A stretch of DNA of 64,000 nucleotides. It comes from Chloroflexota bacterium (GTDB lineage Bacteria; Chloroflexota; UBA11872; VXOZ01). The position numbers and the translations under genes were made by a program. The DNA lies in contig OY760183.1 in the NCBI GenBank assembly GCA_963663275.1, positions 320,001-384,000 of the forward strand, given 5' to 3'. This document shows positions 18,932-28,427 of the stretch, one piece after another (position 1 is the first letter of the stretch; every line of letters begins with the position of its first letter). The notes beneath the pieces were generated by a model that searched no databases, had not been told where the DNA came from, and worked only from the letters and a program-made list of their open reading frames with translations.

Positions 18932-19185
18932 AGGAGCCGCCAGCACGAGTCGCAAGCAAGAACCGCAGGCAGGAGCCGGGAGCAAGGCATTCCTTCCGTT
19001 CGTCCTGAGCGCGTCGAAGGATGAACGGAAGGAATGCCGAGCGCGTGTAGGGGCGCCTCACGTAGGGGCGCTTCGCGAAGCGCCCCTACGCAAAACGACC
19101 CAACACGAAACGCACATGCGCAAAACGCCCCCTACGCCACGCACAAACCACCGTGCCGGTTTTAACGAAAAGAGAGGAAAGAACA

Positions 19186-19932
19186 ATGGCAGCGACAATG
19201 CCCTTGATGAATGCGGCGCCGTTGGCGAAAGCTACGCCTGTGGCGAAAGCAACGCCTGTGGCGCAAGAGCCGTCACCCGCGCGCCCGCAGCGCGGGCAAA
19301 GTCCGCCGGACGAACTGTTCGTCACGGTGCAGGCGGCCAAGCAAGGCAACACCACCGCCCAGATGCTGCTCATGGACCGCCTGCGCCTGCCCATGGAGCG
19401 CCAGATCCGGCGTCTCAAGCGCAGTTTCCGCCCGTCGGAGGCCGAGGACGCCCGCCAGGAGGTGCAGCGCCTCTTCCTGGAGTTGCTCTACGAATACGAC
19501 CACACGCGCAACGGCAACTTCGAAGCCTACATGTGCACCATGCTCAAGTGGCGCGTGCACAACTTCGGCCGCACGTCCCGCCGCATCGCGCCGCCGGACC
19601 CGGCCCACAACCAGTCGCTCAGCGACGAGATCACGGCCTACCTGGCCGAACAGCGCCTGCGCGCCGGTGGCTGGGACGCTTCGTCCACGCATCCCACGGC
19701 TGACTGGGAGCCTGGGTCCACGGAACCGGCAATCCACGCCGAGCTCGAGATCGCCCTGCAAGCCCTCACGCCCAAGCAGAAGACGGTGCTCTACGCCATC
19801 TACTGGCAGGACCGCCGGGTGGTGGACGTCGCCGCGCGCATGGGCGTCAGCCCCCAAGCCGTGCGCGCCATCCGCCAACGCGCGGAAAAGATCCTCCGCC
19901 AACGCCTGGAAGCCTGCGGCACCGGGTCGTAG
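19186..19932 (+). CDS. Alternative sigma-70 family RNA polymerase sigma factor
   Basis: Region 2 AEDARQE..FLELLYEYD...NFEAY; region 4 ALQALTPKQK..DVAARMGVSPQAVRAIRQRA; GAGAGG SD. Confidence 0.88.
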   Translation: MAATMPLMNAAPLAKATPVAKATPVAQEPSPARPQRGQSPPDELFVTVQAAKQGNTTAQMLLMDRLRLPMERQIRRLKRSFRPSEAEDARQEVQRLFLELLYEYDHTRNGNFEAYMCTMLKWRVHNFGRTSRRIAPPDPAHNQSLSDEITAYLAEQRLRAGGWDASSTHPTADWEPGSTEPAIHAELEIALQALTPKQKTVLYAIYWQDRRVVDVAARMGVSPQAVRAIRQRAEKILRQRLEACGTGS

Positions 19933-20029
19933 CGTGGATTCGCGGGCGGCAATCTCGCGCCCGCTACCGGCGGCAATCGCGGAATTGCCCCAAAAACGCT
20001 ACAATGGCATCAACGGGAAGGAGCGCACC

Positions 20030-20767
20030 ATGGCCGCAACCACCGCGCCAACTGCATCCGCACAGCGGGCACGAGCCAAGAAGCCCCGCCGGGTTGTGCA
20101 GAACGGTTTGCCGACCAACGAGCTTGTCTTCAGCGCCCACGTTGGGGGAAACGAGGACGTCTTCCCGCAGATTCTCTCCCTTTACGTCCCAAAGATGAGC
20201 GTCGTCGCGGACGTAACGTACGGCCAAGGCGTCTTTTGGCGCAACGTTCCCCCAGACCAATACACCGTTCTCGGCACGGACATCCGGACCGGGGTCGATT
20301 GCCGCGAATTGCCCTATGCCGCCGGTGAAATCGATTGCGTCGTGCTTGATCCGCCGTATATGCACTCCCCGGGCGGCACCGCCCATAGCAGCCACAGCGC
20401 GTTCGAGAAGCACTACCGCAACAACGGCGCCGGCAACACGACGGCGAAGAAATACCACGAAGCCGTGTTGGCGCTGTATGCAGAGGCCGGCAAAGAGGCG
20501 CATCGAGTGCTGCGCGAGCGAGGCGTCTTCATCGTCAAATGCCAGGACGAGGTGTGTTCCAACCGCCAGCGCTTCACCCACGTGGAAATCATGCAGTCGT
20601 ATGCCGAAATGGGCTTCGTCCCGGAAGACCTCTTCGTCGTCGTCAGAAGCAATCGCCCCGGCGTAAGCCGTACAGTCCGGCAGGTCCACGCACGGAAGAA
20701 CCATTCCTACTTCCTCGTGTTTTGGAAGCAAGGAACCTCCCGTGCCGTTTGGGAGCCGCCCACGTGA
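20030..20767 (+). CDS. Amino (N6-A/N4-C) DNA methyltransferase
   Basis: Motif I VADVTYGQGVFW; motif IV VLDPPY; GVFIVKCQD. Confidence 0.85.
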   Translation: MAATTAPTASAQRARAKKPRRVVQNGLPTNELVFSAHVGGNEDVFPQILSLYVPKMSVVADVTYGQGVFWRNVPPDQYTVLGTDIRTGVDCRELPYAAGEIDCVVLDPPYMHSPGGTAHSSHSAFEKHYRNNGAGNTTAKKYHEAVLALYAEAGKEAHRVLRERGVFIVKCQDEVCSNRQRFTHVEIMQSYAEMGFVPEDLFVVVRSNRPGVSRTVRQVHARKNHSYFLVFWKQGTSRAVWEPPT

Positions 20768-21270
20768 ACGCGGTAGACTTGCTGGCCGCCATCATTCGTG
20801 AACACGCGCCGGCAGACATCTGGCAAGACTCTCCGCTCATTGGGTATCGTATGCTTGGGAATACGAACCGGGGCGAAATAGGCGAGACGTTTATTCGGCG
20901 CTATTTGGAACAGCACGGTATCACGGCGGGAAGCGGTGCCCGCACGTCTGAAACCGATCTCCGCGTTGGAGCCTTGCGTTTCGAAGTCAAAACGGCATCT
21001 CTTGGAGCTAACCGTACATTTCAGTTCAACCACGTTCGATTGGATCGAAGGTATGACTATCTCCTGTGCCTCGGCATTTGTCCGCATCAGGTCGTGTTCA
21101 ACATGTGGCGCAAGGGCGCGGTGGCGGAAAACCGGGCGGGAAACCTGGCTCGCATGGCAGAAGGCCAGGCAGTGACCTACAAACTTACGAAGAAACTCGA
21201 TGACATGCGGGGCATCGCCGAATTTCCGGCCGCGGTGAGAAACGCGCTTGACGGAAACAGAGGAGAGTAG
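20764..21270 (+). CDS. Putative PD-(D/E)xK restriction endonuclease
   Basis: GEIGE...TDL...FEVKTA..FQFNHVR; GTGA overlap with the MTase; visibly lower GC. Confidence 0.7.
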   Translation: MNAVDLLAAIIREHAPADIWQDSPLIGYRMLGNTNRGEIGETFIRRYLEQHGITAGSGARTSETDLRVGALRFEVKTASLGANRTFQFNHVRLDRRYDYLLCLGICPHQVVFNMWRKGAVAENRAGNLARMAEGQAVTYKLTKKLDDMRGIAEFPAAVRNALDGNRGE

Positions 21271-21273
21271 TCG

Positions 21274-21948
21274 ATGCAAACACTACAGCGTACGCGAGCC
21301 GACGCCCAGGTGGCGCGTACCCGAGAGGCCGGGATGGTGGTGATCATCCGGGGCGTGCCGCCGGAGTGGGCCGTGCCCATCGGCGAGGCGCTGCTGGCGG
21401 CGGACGTGGACGTGATGGAAATCACGCTGAACACGCCAAACGCGCTGGAGATGATCGGCGACGCGCGCGCCGCGCTGGGCGACCGCATGGCCCTGGGCGC
21501 GGGCACGGTGCTCTCGGTGGCCGACGCCGAAAGCGCCCTCGCCGCCGGGGCCGAGTTCTTCGTCTCGCCGCACCTGGATACCGAGATCGTCCGGTTTGCC
21601 AACGAGCGCGACTGCATGGTGGTTCCCGGCGCGTTCACGCCCACCGAGGTCTTTACCGCCCTGCGCGCCGGCGCCGACGTGGTCAAGATATTTCCCGCCA
21701 ACATCCCGGGGCCGCAATTCCTCCAGGACCTGGCCGGACCGTTCGGCCCGCTGCCGCTGCTGCCCACCGGCGGGATTACGACGGCGAACGCCGCCGAGTA
21801 TATCCGGTGCGGCGCGCTGGCCCTGGGCGTCGGGGGAAAGCTGGTGGACTGGCGCAACCTGGACGGCCGCTTCGAGCGCGTCACGGCTGCCGCCCGCGCC
21901 CTGCGCGCGGCCGTCCAACAGGCCCGGCGCGCAAGCGAAAACCTATAG
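21274..21948 (+). CDS. eda: KDPG/KHG aldolase
   Basis: MEITLN, GAGTV, FVSPH, PGAFTPTE, VKIFPA, PTGG. Confidence 0.92.
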   Translation: MQTLQRTRADAQVARTREAGMVVIIRGVPPEWAVPIGEALLAADVDVMEITLNTPNALEMIGDARAALGDRMALGAGTVLSVADAESALAAGAEFFVSPHLDTEIVRFANERDCMVVPGAFTPTEVFTALRAGADVVKIFPANIPGPQFLQDLAGPFGPLPLLPTGGITTANAAEYIRCGALALGVGGKLVDWRNLDGRFERVTAAARALRAAVQQARRASENL

Positions 21949-22217
21949 CACAGGTCTGCGCGCCACCAACCGGCAAACGCAGGCCCGCCGCCCTCCGGTA
22001 GCGTAGGCCCACAGTCCGGTAGCGCAGGTTTGTAACCTGCGGCTCGGTTGCGCAGGCCCACTGTCCGGTAGGTTTGTAACCTGCGGCATGGCAACGCGCA
22101 ACCCGCGCCGGATCAAAGACGAATTAACCGTAGCGCGGGGGCTTGTCCCCCGCTTCCCCGTAGCGGCCCTCGGGCCAGGCCCGGCGAGATACGCACAAGG
22201 AGAAACCCACACCACCG

Positions 22218-23681
22218 ATGCCACCCACCTTCAAAGACCTGCGCGAATTCATCACCTTTCTCGAAGACAAAGGCGAATTGCAGCGCATCACCGCCCCGGT
22301 CGATCCTGAGCTTGAGATCACCGAAATCACCGATCGCGTCACCAAGGCCGGCGGGCCTGCGCTGCTCTTCGAGAACGTGCAAGGCTCGGACATCCCGCTG
22401 CTCATCAACACCTTTGGCTCCGAGCAGCGCACCGCGTGGGCGCTCGGCGCCGATTCGTGGGAAGAACTACCGCAAAAGCTGGACAACCTGCTCGGCATCG
22501 CCCTGGGCGGGCCTCCGGAAGGTCTCGCCGCCAAGCTCCAGGCCGGCGGCGAGTTGCTCAAGCTGGCGCGCATCGCGCCCAAGGTCGTCGATTCCGCCCC
22601 GTGCCAGGAGGTGGTGCTCACCGGCGACGACGTAGACCTGGGCATGTTGCCCATCATCAAGTGCTGGCCGCTGGACGCCGGCAAGTACATCACCCTGCCG
22701 CTGGTGTGCAGTTACGATCCCAACACCGGCAAGCGCAACGTGGGCTGCTACCGCATGCAGGTGCTCAGCAAGAACACCACCGCCATGCACTGGCAGCGCC
22801 ACAAAGGCGGGCGCGAGCACTACGACGACAGCATGGAGAAGAAGGAGCGCCTGCAACTGGCGGTGGCCCTGGGTGCGGAACCGGCCGCGGTCTACAGCGG
22901 CACCGCGCCGCTGCCCCAGGGCATCGACGAATTCCTCTTTGCCGGATTCCTTCGCGGCGGGCCGGTGCAACTGGTCAAGGGCAAGACCGTGGACGTAATG
23001 GCGCCCGCCAACAGTGAAATCGTGCTGGAAGGCTACGTCGAGCCGGGCGAATACGCCACGGAAGGCCCGTTTGGCGATCACACCGGCTACTATTCTACCG
23101 CCGACCAGTACCCGGTCTTCCACGTCACCGCCATCACGCACCGGCGCGACCCCATCTACGCGACCATCATCGTGGGCCGCCCGCCCATGGAAGACATCTA
23201 CATGGGCAAGGCCACCGAGCGCATCTTCCTGCCGCTCATCAAGATGCTGGTACCGGAGGTTCACGACATCGCCCTGCCGGACGAAGGCGTCTTCCACAAC
23301 ATCGTCTTCGTGGCAATCAAGAAGCGCTTTCCCGGCCACGCGCGCAAGACCATGTACGCCCTGTGGAGTCTGCACCAGATGATGTGCGTCAAGTTCATCG
23401 TGGTGGTGGACGACGACATCGACGTGCAGAATACGTCCGAGGTGCTCTTCCGCATGGGGAATAACGTTGACTGGAAGCGGGATACGGTGATTGTGGAAGG
23501 GCCGGTGGATTCGCTCGACCACGCGGCGCCCCTGCCGAACTACGGCGGCAAGATGGGCGTGGACGCCACCCGCAAGACGGCGGAAGAAGGCTTCACCCGC
23601 GAGTGGCCGCCGGACATCGTGATGGACCCGGAGATCGAGGAACGGGTAACCCGCCGCTGGCGTGAGTACTTCCAGGTGTAA
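22218..23681 (+). CDS. UbiD-family prFMN decarboxylase (menaquinone-pathway type)
   Basis: GGPALLFE, RNVGCYRMQ, EGPFGDHTGYY, GRPPMED, VVVDDD, GKMGVDAT. Confidence 0.93.
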   Translation: MPPTFKDLREFITFLEDKGELQRITAPVDPELEITEITDRVTKAGGPALLFENVQGSDIPLLINTFGSEQRTAWALGADSWEELPQKLDNLLGIALGGPPEGLAAKLQAGGELLKLARIAPKVVDSAPCQEVVLTGDDVDLGMLPIIKCWPLDAGKYITLPLVCSYDPNTGKRNVGCYRMQVLSKNTTAMHWQRHKGGREHYDDSMEKKERLQLAVALGAEPAAVYSGTAPLPQGIDEFLFAGFLRGGPVQLVKGKTVDVMAPANSEIVLEGYVEPGEYATEGPFGDHTGYYSTADQYPVFHVTAITHRRDPIYATIIVGRPPMEDIYMGKATERIFLPLIKMLVPEVHDIALPDEGVFHNIVFVAIKKRFPGHARKTMYALWSLHQMMCVKFIVVVDDDIDVQNTSEVLFRMGNNVDWKRDTVIVEGPVDSLDHAAPLPNYGGKMGVDATRKTAEEGFTREWPPDIVMDPEIEERVTRRWREYFQV

Positions 23682-23725
23682 CCTGTCTCCTCGAACAGGT
23701 GTTACCTATGTCCCCGGACTCTCCA
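23676..23725. mobile_element. IS481-like terminal relic
   Basis: GTGTAACCTGTCTCC...GTGTTACCTATGTCCCCGGACT tandem motif resembles IS481 ends. Confidence 0.4.
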
Positions 23726-23731
23726 TTCCAG

Positions 23732-23896
23732 GGCTGACAAGGGTATGTAAATGTCATTCCGAGCGCAGCGTCGAACAAGGTTCGCGGAATCTAGAGATGC
23801 TGATCTTGCAAGGCTGCGCTCTAGATTCCTCACTCCGCTGCGCTCCGTTCGGAATGACACGTCAAGTCGACTATAGAGTACATACCCCTGTCAGCC
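23732..23896. mobile_element. GGCTGACAG-type MITE
   Basis: TIRs plus exact 7-bp ATTCCAG duplication. Confidence 0.8.
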
Positions 23897-24045
23897 ATTC
23901 CAGGGAGAGGGAGTCCGAGCGCGGGTTCGCGCGGGACATGCGCGAAACCTGCGTCTGCCGTAGGCTCATTGTGTACGTGCCCTCACAATGATGGGACGTC
24001 ATTTGAAAGCACGCCGCGCTGGCTGCTCTGGCGGGGGACAAGCCC

Positions 24046-24222
24046 CAATGTTGTCGCATTAAACGCAATGAGAGTGAAAACTACGCTTGTTTCTCCGGTA
24101 GCGCAGGTTCGCACGGGAAGTGCGCGTAACCTGCGTCTTCCGTAGCGTCAATCGATTCCGTTCTCATTTTTCTTGTCCCGGCGGGGGACAAGCCCCCGCG
24201 CTACGTTTACGCGACAGTATTG
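24046..24222. mobile_element. 177-bp IS4-derived MITE inserted in a REP
   Basis: Ends CAATGTTGTCGCATTAA/TTTACGCGACAGTATTG match the IS at 61634; 11-bp near-duplication GGGACAAGC(C/T)C. Confidence 0.85.
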
Positions 24223-24584
24223 GGGACAAGCTCCCGCGCTACGTCAGTGCGACAACACAAGGGCTTATCCCCGCTCCCCACCCGCGCAGGTTGCAAACCT
24301 ACGCTACCAGAGCGGCCGCTGCCAACATCGTCACCGTAGCGCCGGGGCTTGTCCCCAGTGTTGTCGCATAGAACTGCTGAGCACTGTCCTCCCCGTTCGT
24401 GCTGAGCCCGTCGAAGTATGAACGGGGAGGACAGCGCTCAGCAACCGGCCCGCCGTTCACCTGGCGACAGGCACAAGACCCGCCCCGAGCCTGCCGCGCG
24501 GGCCTCCCGCTGTTTCACGGCGGCGGCAAATGCGCTAGCATTGGTGAGCAGCGTGCCCGCAGTAGCGCGAAAGAAACACCGTCT

Positions 24585-26459
24585 GTGCAGGATCTCGTCA
24601 TCAGCGCGCCGCACCCCTGGTTGTTTGGGCCGGCGGCGGTCTTCCTCATCCTCAGCGCCCTCCTCATTGGCGCCGATTACGTCGTGCGGGGCAGCGCGTG
24701 GCTGCAGCAGCGCCTGGTGCGCTGGCGCTGGACGCGGCCGCTGGTCGTCCTGCTGCGCGTATCCAGCGGGTGGATCGCGTTCTATCCGCTCATCGCCGCC
24801 GTCGCCATCGCCGCGCTGCTGGCGCAGATCAGCATCTACGCCTCATTTAGCGGGGACGTTCCCCTGGAAGTTAGCGCCGGAACCTGGCTCGCGCTGCCCA
24901 CCAACGCCATCGTGCTGACCTTTCGGGTGGACGCCGTCAGCCTGCTCTTCCTCTGGCTTGGCGCGGCCCTGATCTTCTGCCACCTGTGGACGTTGCCCGC
25001 GGCCCACCTGCCGCGTGATCAGATGGGGCGCGCCTACGCCTTCGTGCTGCTCACGCTATGCGCCTACGGCGGCCTGGTGCTCTCCGAGAATCTCCTCTTC
25101 CTCTACGTCTTCTGGGAGGCGCTGGGGTTGGCCGGTTACTTCCTGGCGGTCTTGCCGCGCGAAGAGCGCCCCCACATCGGCGCGGTGGCCGTGCGCCTGC
25201 TGCTGGTCAGCCACCTTTCCGGCTACGGCCTGCTGGCGGCCATTCTCATCATCTCACGCCGCAGCGACCAATACCTCTACGGCGACATATCCTCCGGCGT
25301 CTTCGATGCGTTGGTGGTCGGCCTGGTGCTGGCTGCGGTCGCGGTGCGCGCCGGTTGGCCGCCGTTCCACGGCTGGACCGCCTCGCTGCGCAGCCATCTG
25401 GCGCCGATCTACGCCAACGTAGCCGGCATCATGCTGCTCGGCGCAGCCTACGTAGTGGCCCGTTTCCTGGTGCTTTCCGGCCCCGAACCGTTCATGCCGT
25501 GGTCGCTCCCGTTGCTGGTGGTTGGCTGCCTCAGCCTGGCGCTCTCCATTGCCGCCATGCTGGCCATGGGCAGGCTGACGTCGCTGCTGGCCGTAAACTG
25601 GATCGGCCATGCCGGCCTCATCGCGGTAGCCGTCGGCGTCGGCACCTATCAAGCCGTCGCCGCCGCCGCGCTCACGCTCTTCAGCGGCAGCGTCGGCATG
25701 GCGCTGGTCGCGGCCGCGGGACCGCCGCTGCTGGCGATTCACCGCCGCAGCCGGCGCTCGTTATGGGCCTTGCCCGCGGCCGCGCTCATCATCGGCATCG
25801 CGGCCCTGGCCGGCATCATCCTCCCCCTCAGCGCCGCCTCGCGCTCGCTGCTCTTCACCGCACTGGAGCGGGAAGCGTGGGGCATACCCATCCAGGCGCT
25901 GCTCATCCTCTTTGGCATCTTCACCATTATCACCTTTGGTCGCTGGATGCAGCGCCTCTTCGTCAATCCGCCGCTCACCTCCGCCCGGCGCGGGGAAGCG
26001 CTGCTGGACCAGGGCCATCTGGTGTGGCTGCTCGCCGCGGCCGGCGTCGTCATGGCCGTGCTGCAATGGCGGCTGCCCGTCGTCGTCTGGCCGGCCGCCG
26101 CCACCATCAGCCATGCCATCGAGTTCGACCGGTCGTTGTTCTCGTGGGGCGCCCTCTTTACGGTCAGCACGCTTTCCACCGTGCTGGTGGGCGGCGTCGG
26201 CGTGGTCGCGGTGCTGTTGCTGCGGCGCATGCATCCCCGGGACCGGCGCCAACTCGCCGCCGTAACGCGGACCATCGGCGGCGCCGCGGACCGGCTCCTG
26301 GTGCCGCCGAACGTCATCCTCGTCGTCGTGGGGCGCTGCCTGGCCGCGCTGGGCAGAACCACGGCCGCGGCGGAGCGGCGCTACTACGTCGCCATTGCCA
26401 TGCTCGCCCTGCTCGCGCTCTTCGTCCTGCTGCTGGAAACGCAAGGAATTGCCCCGTGA
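24585..26459 (+). CDS. NuoL/MrpA/HyfB-like antiporter-type membrane subunit
   Basis: FRVDAVS, NLLFLYVFWEALGLAGYFL, PFHGW; many TM helices. Confidence 0.8.
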   Translation: MQDLVISAPHPWLFGPAAVFLILSALLIGADYVVRGSAWLQQRLVRWRWTRPLVVLLRVSSGWIAFYPLIAAVAIAALLAQISIYASFSGDVPLEVSAGTWLALPTNAIVLTFRVDAVSLLFLWLGAALIFCHLWTLPAAHLPRDQMGRAYAFVLLTLCAYGGLVLSENLLFLYVFWEALGLAGYFLAVLPREERPHIGAVAVRLLLVSHLSGYGLLAAILIISRRSDQYLYGDISSGVFDALVVGLVLAAVAVRAGWPPFHGWTASLRSHLAPIYANVAGIMLLGAAYVVARFLVLSGPEPFMPWSLPLLVVGCLSLALSIAAMLAMGRLTSLLAVNWIGHAGLIAVAVGVGTYQAVAAAALTLFSGSVGMALVAAAGPPLLAIHRRSRRSLWALPAAALIIGIAALAGIILPLSAASRSLLFTALEREAWGIPIQALLILFGIFTIITFGRWMQRLFVNPPLTSARRGEALLDQGHLVWLLAAAGVVMAVLQWRLPVVVWPAAATISHAIEFDRSLFSWGALFTVSTLSTVLVGGVGVVAVLLLRRMHPRDRRQLAAVTRTIGGAADRLLVPPNVILVVVGRCLAALGRTTAAAERRYYVAIAMLALLALFVLLLETQGIAP

Positions 26460-27049
26460 GTTGGGACGCCCTCATCCTCGTGTTCGTGCTCGCCGGCGCC
26501 GCCACCGTGCTGGTAACGCAGCGGTGGCTGCCCGCGTTCGGCGGCCTGGTCGCCGCCTATCTGGGCACCGCGCTGTTGCTCATCGCCTACTCCGGCACGG
26601 TCGTAGCGGTCACGCGCATCATCATCGGTCTCACCGTCGCCATGATGCTCGCCGTGGCGCTCTGGATGGAGCGGGAACGGCCCCTGCAGAATCAAGCCCT
26701 GTTCGAGACGCCCACCCTGGTCGGCGTCGCCGCCCTCGGCGTGCTGGCGGCCTACGTCCTGGCCGAGCGCATGCCCACGTTGATAGACCCGATCGCCGCC
26801 ATGGCCGCCGCGGCCGTCCTGCTGCTGGGCTTCTTTACGGTTGTGCTGCGCACCAGCACCTTCGGCCTCAGCATGGGCGCGCTGCTCATCGCCAACGGGC
26901 TGGACTTCACCATCTGCCTCTTCCTGGGCGAGCAGGGCATGGCGCTGCTCACGGTGGAAGGCCTGGTGCTGGTGGGTGTAACGTTTCTGGTAACGCTGGT
27001 GCAGATCATAGACTTCGAGGGCTTTGTGGAGCGCGATGCAAGCGGATAG
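26456..27049 (+). CDS. HyfE-like membrane subunit
   Basis: About 7 TM helices; GALLIANG; overlapped between two antiporter-like genes. Confidence 0.55.
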   Translation: MSWDALILVFVLAGAATVLVTQRWLPAFGGLVAAYLGTALLLIAYSGTVVAVTRIIIGLTVAMMLAVALWMERERPLQNQALFETPTLVGVAALGVLAAYVLAERMPTLIDPIAAMAAAAVLLLGFFTVVLRTSTFGLSMGALLIANGLDFTICLFLGEQGMALLTVEGLVLVGVTFLVTLVQIIDFEGFVERDASG

Positions 27050-28427
27050 CCTGCTCATCACGCCGTTGCACCTGCTGCTCGTCCCCTTTGGCGCAGCCGG
27101 GTTGACGCTGCTCGCGCGCCGCTGGTCGGCGTTCGCCGGGATCGTGGCCCTGGGCGCGCTCATCGCCACGCTTGCCCTGGGCCTCATCGTCAACACGCAG
27201 GCGGAGAGTCCTTTCCTCACGCTTTCGTTGCAACTTGACGACAGGGTGCGCATGCCGGTGCTGCTCTTCATAGCGCTGCTGGCCCTCACGCTGGTGTTCC
27301 ACCTCATACGCAATCAAGGCGAATTCTTCCCAGCCACCGTCTGCCTGCTGGCCGCGCTCATCGCCGCCGCCGCGCTCATCTATTCCCGTTACGTGGTAAC
27401 CGCGGCCGTGCTCCAATTGGCGCACGTGGTGGCGGCGATGGTCATCCTGGGCCGGACGCCCACGCGCCAGGTTGGCGTTACGGTGATTCGCTACGCGCTC
27501 ATGATGACCCTCGGCGGCGCGCTCGTCGTCCTGGGCTTGCTCTTAGTGGACGAGTACCGCATCAGCCCGGAAACCGAGGTGAGCGTGCGCCTGATCGCCG
27601 CCGTGCTCGCCGTGGGTTTCGGCACGCTGCTGGCCGCCGCGCCGCTCTACTTCTGGCTGCCCGACGTGGCCTACTGCGCGCCGGTGATGGGCTTCGCCCT
27701 GATTGCCGCCGTCCTCCACATGGTAACCGCCGCTTTCCTGGTCTCGGTGCTGGCCACCTTCCCGTGGCTCACCAACGACCCCGACATCAACGCCCTGATC
27801 GCCTTGGGCGGACTGGTGACGATCATGCTCGGCGCGCTGCTGGCCTACAGCGCCAACGACCTGCGCGGGCTTGTGGGCTACTCCACCGTGAGCGCCAGCG
27901 GCTTCATCGTGGTGGGGGTGGCTTCCCGCTCGGCGCTCGCAATCGCCGGCGCGCTCTACCAGACCTTGGCCATGGCCGCGGCGCTCTTTCTGCTCGGCGT
28001 CCTGATTGGCGTGATCGAAGAGCGCCTGGGGGGCGTCACCTTTGCGCAAATCGCCGGCTTGAGCGCCCGCGCGCCGCTGCTAACGCTGGCTTTCGTGGTG
28101 GGCAGTTTCTCCATCGTGGGCGTGCCGGGCTTTGCCACCTTTCCCGGGCGCTGGCTGGTCTTCCAGGCCGCTTCGCAACAGGGCGAGTGGTTTCTCTTCA
28201 TGCTGCTGGCGGGCAGCGGCCTGCTGATGCTGGCGTACGCCCGCGCCCTGCGCGCCTGCCTGCGGCCGGTGCAGATCCCGGGCAGGATTCGCCCCTTCTC
28301 CCGGGCCGGCGCGGTGATGGTCCTGCTGCTGGCCGTCACGTGCTGCGGCCTCGGCTTCTACCCGTCACCGATCTTCACCGCCATCCTGGACCTGGTAAAA
28401 GAACTCAGCTTCGTGCGCATCGTCTAG
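27036..28427 (+). CDS. NuoM/N/MrpD/HyfF-like antiporter-type membrane subunit
   Basis: PLYFWLPD, DLRGLVGYSTVS..G, SIVGVPGFATFPGRW. Confidence 0.82.
   Translation: MQADSLLITPLHLLLVPFGAAGLTLLARRWSAFAGIVALGALIATLALGLIVNTQAESPFLTLSLQLDDRVRMPVLLFIALLALTLVFHLIRNQGEFFPATVCLLAALIAAAALIYSRYVVTAAVLQLAHVVAAMVILGRTPTRQVGVTVIRYALMMTLGGALVVLGLLLVDEYRISPETEVSVRLIAAVLAVGFGTLLAAAPLYFWLPDVAYCAPVMGFALIAAVLHMVTAAFLVSVLATFPWLTNDPDINALIALGGLVTIMLGALLAYSANDLRGLVGYSTVSASGFIVVGVASRSALAIAGALYQTLAMAAALFLLGVLIGVIEERLGGVTFAQIAGLSARAPLLTLAFVVGSFSIVGVPGFATFPGRWLVFQAASQQGEWFLFMLLAGSGLLMLAYARALRACLRPVQIPGRIRPFSRAGAVMVLLLAVTCCGLGFYPSPIFTAILDLVKELSFVRIV

Noticed and set aside
19211-20767. 518 aa extended methyltransferase
   Set aside because: N-terminal part is an off-frame shadow of the sigma gene; the SD-ATG start is at 20030.
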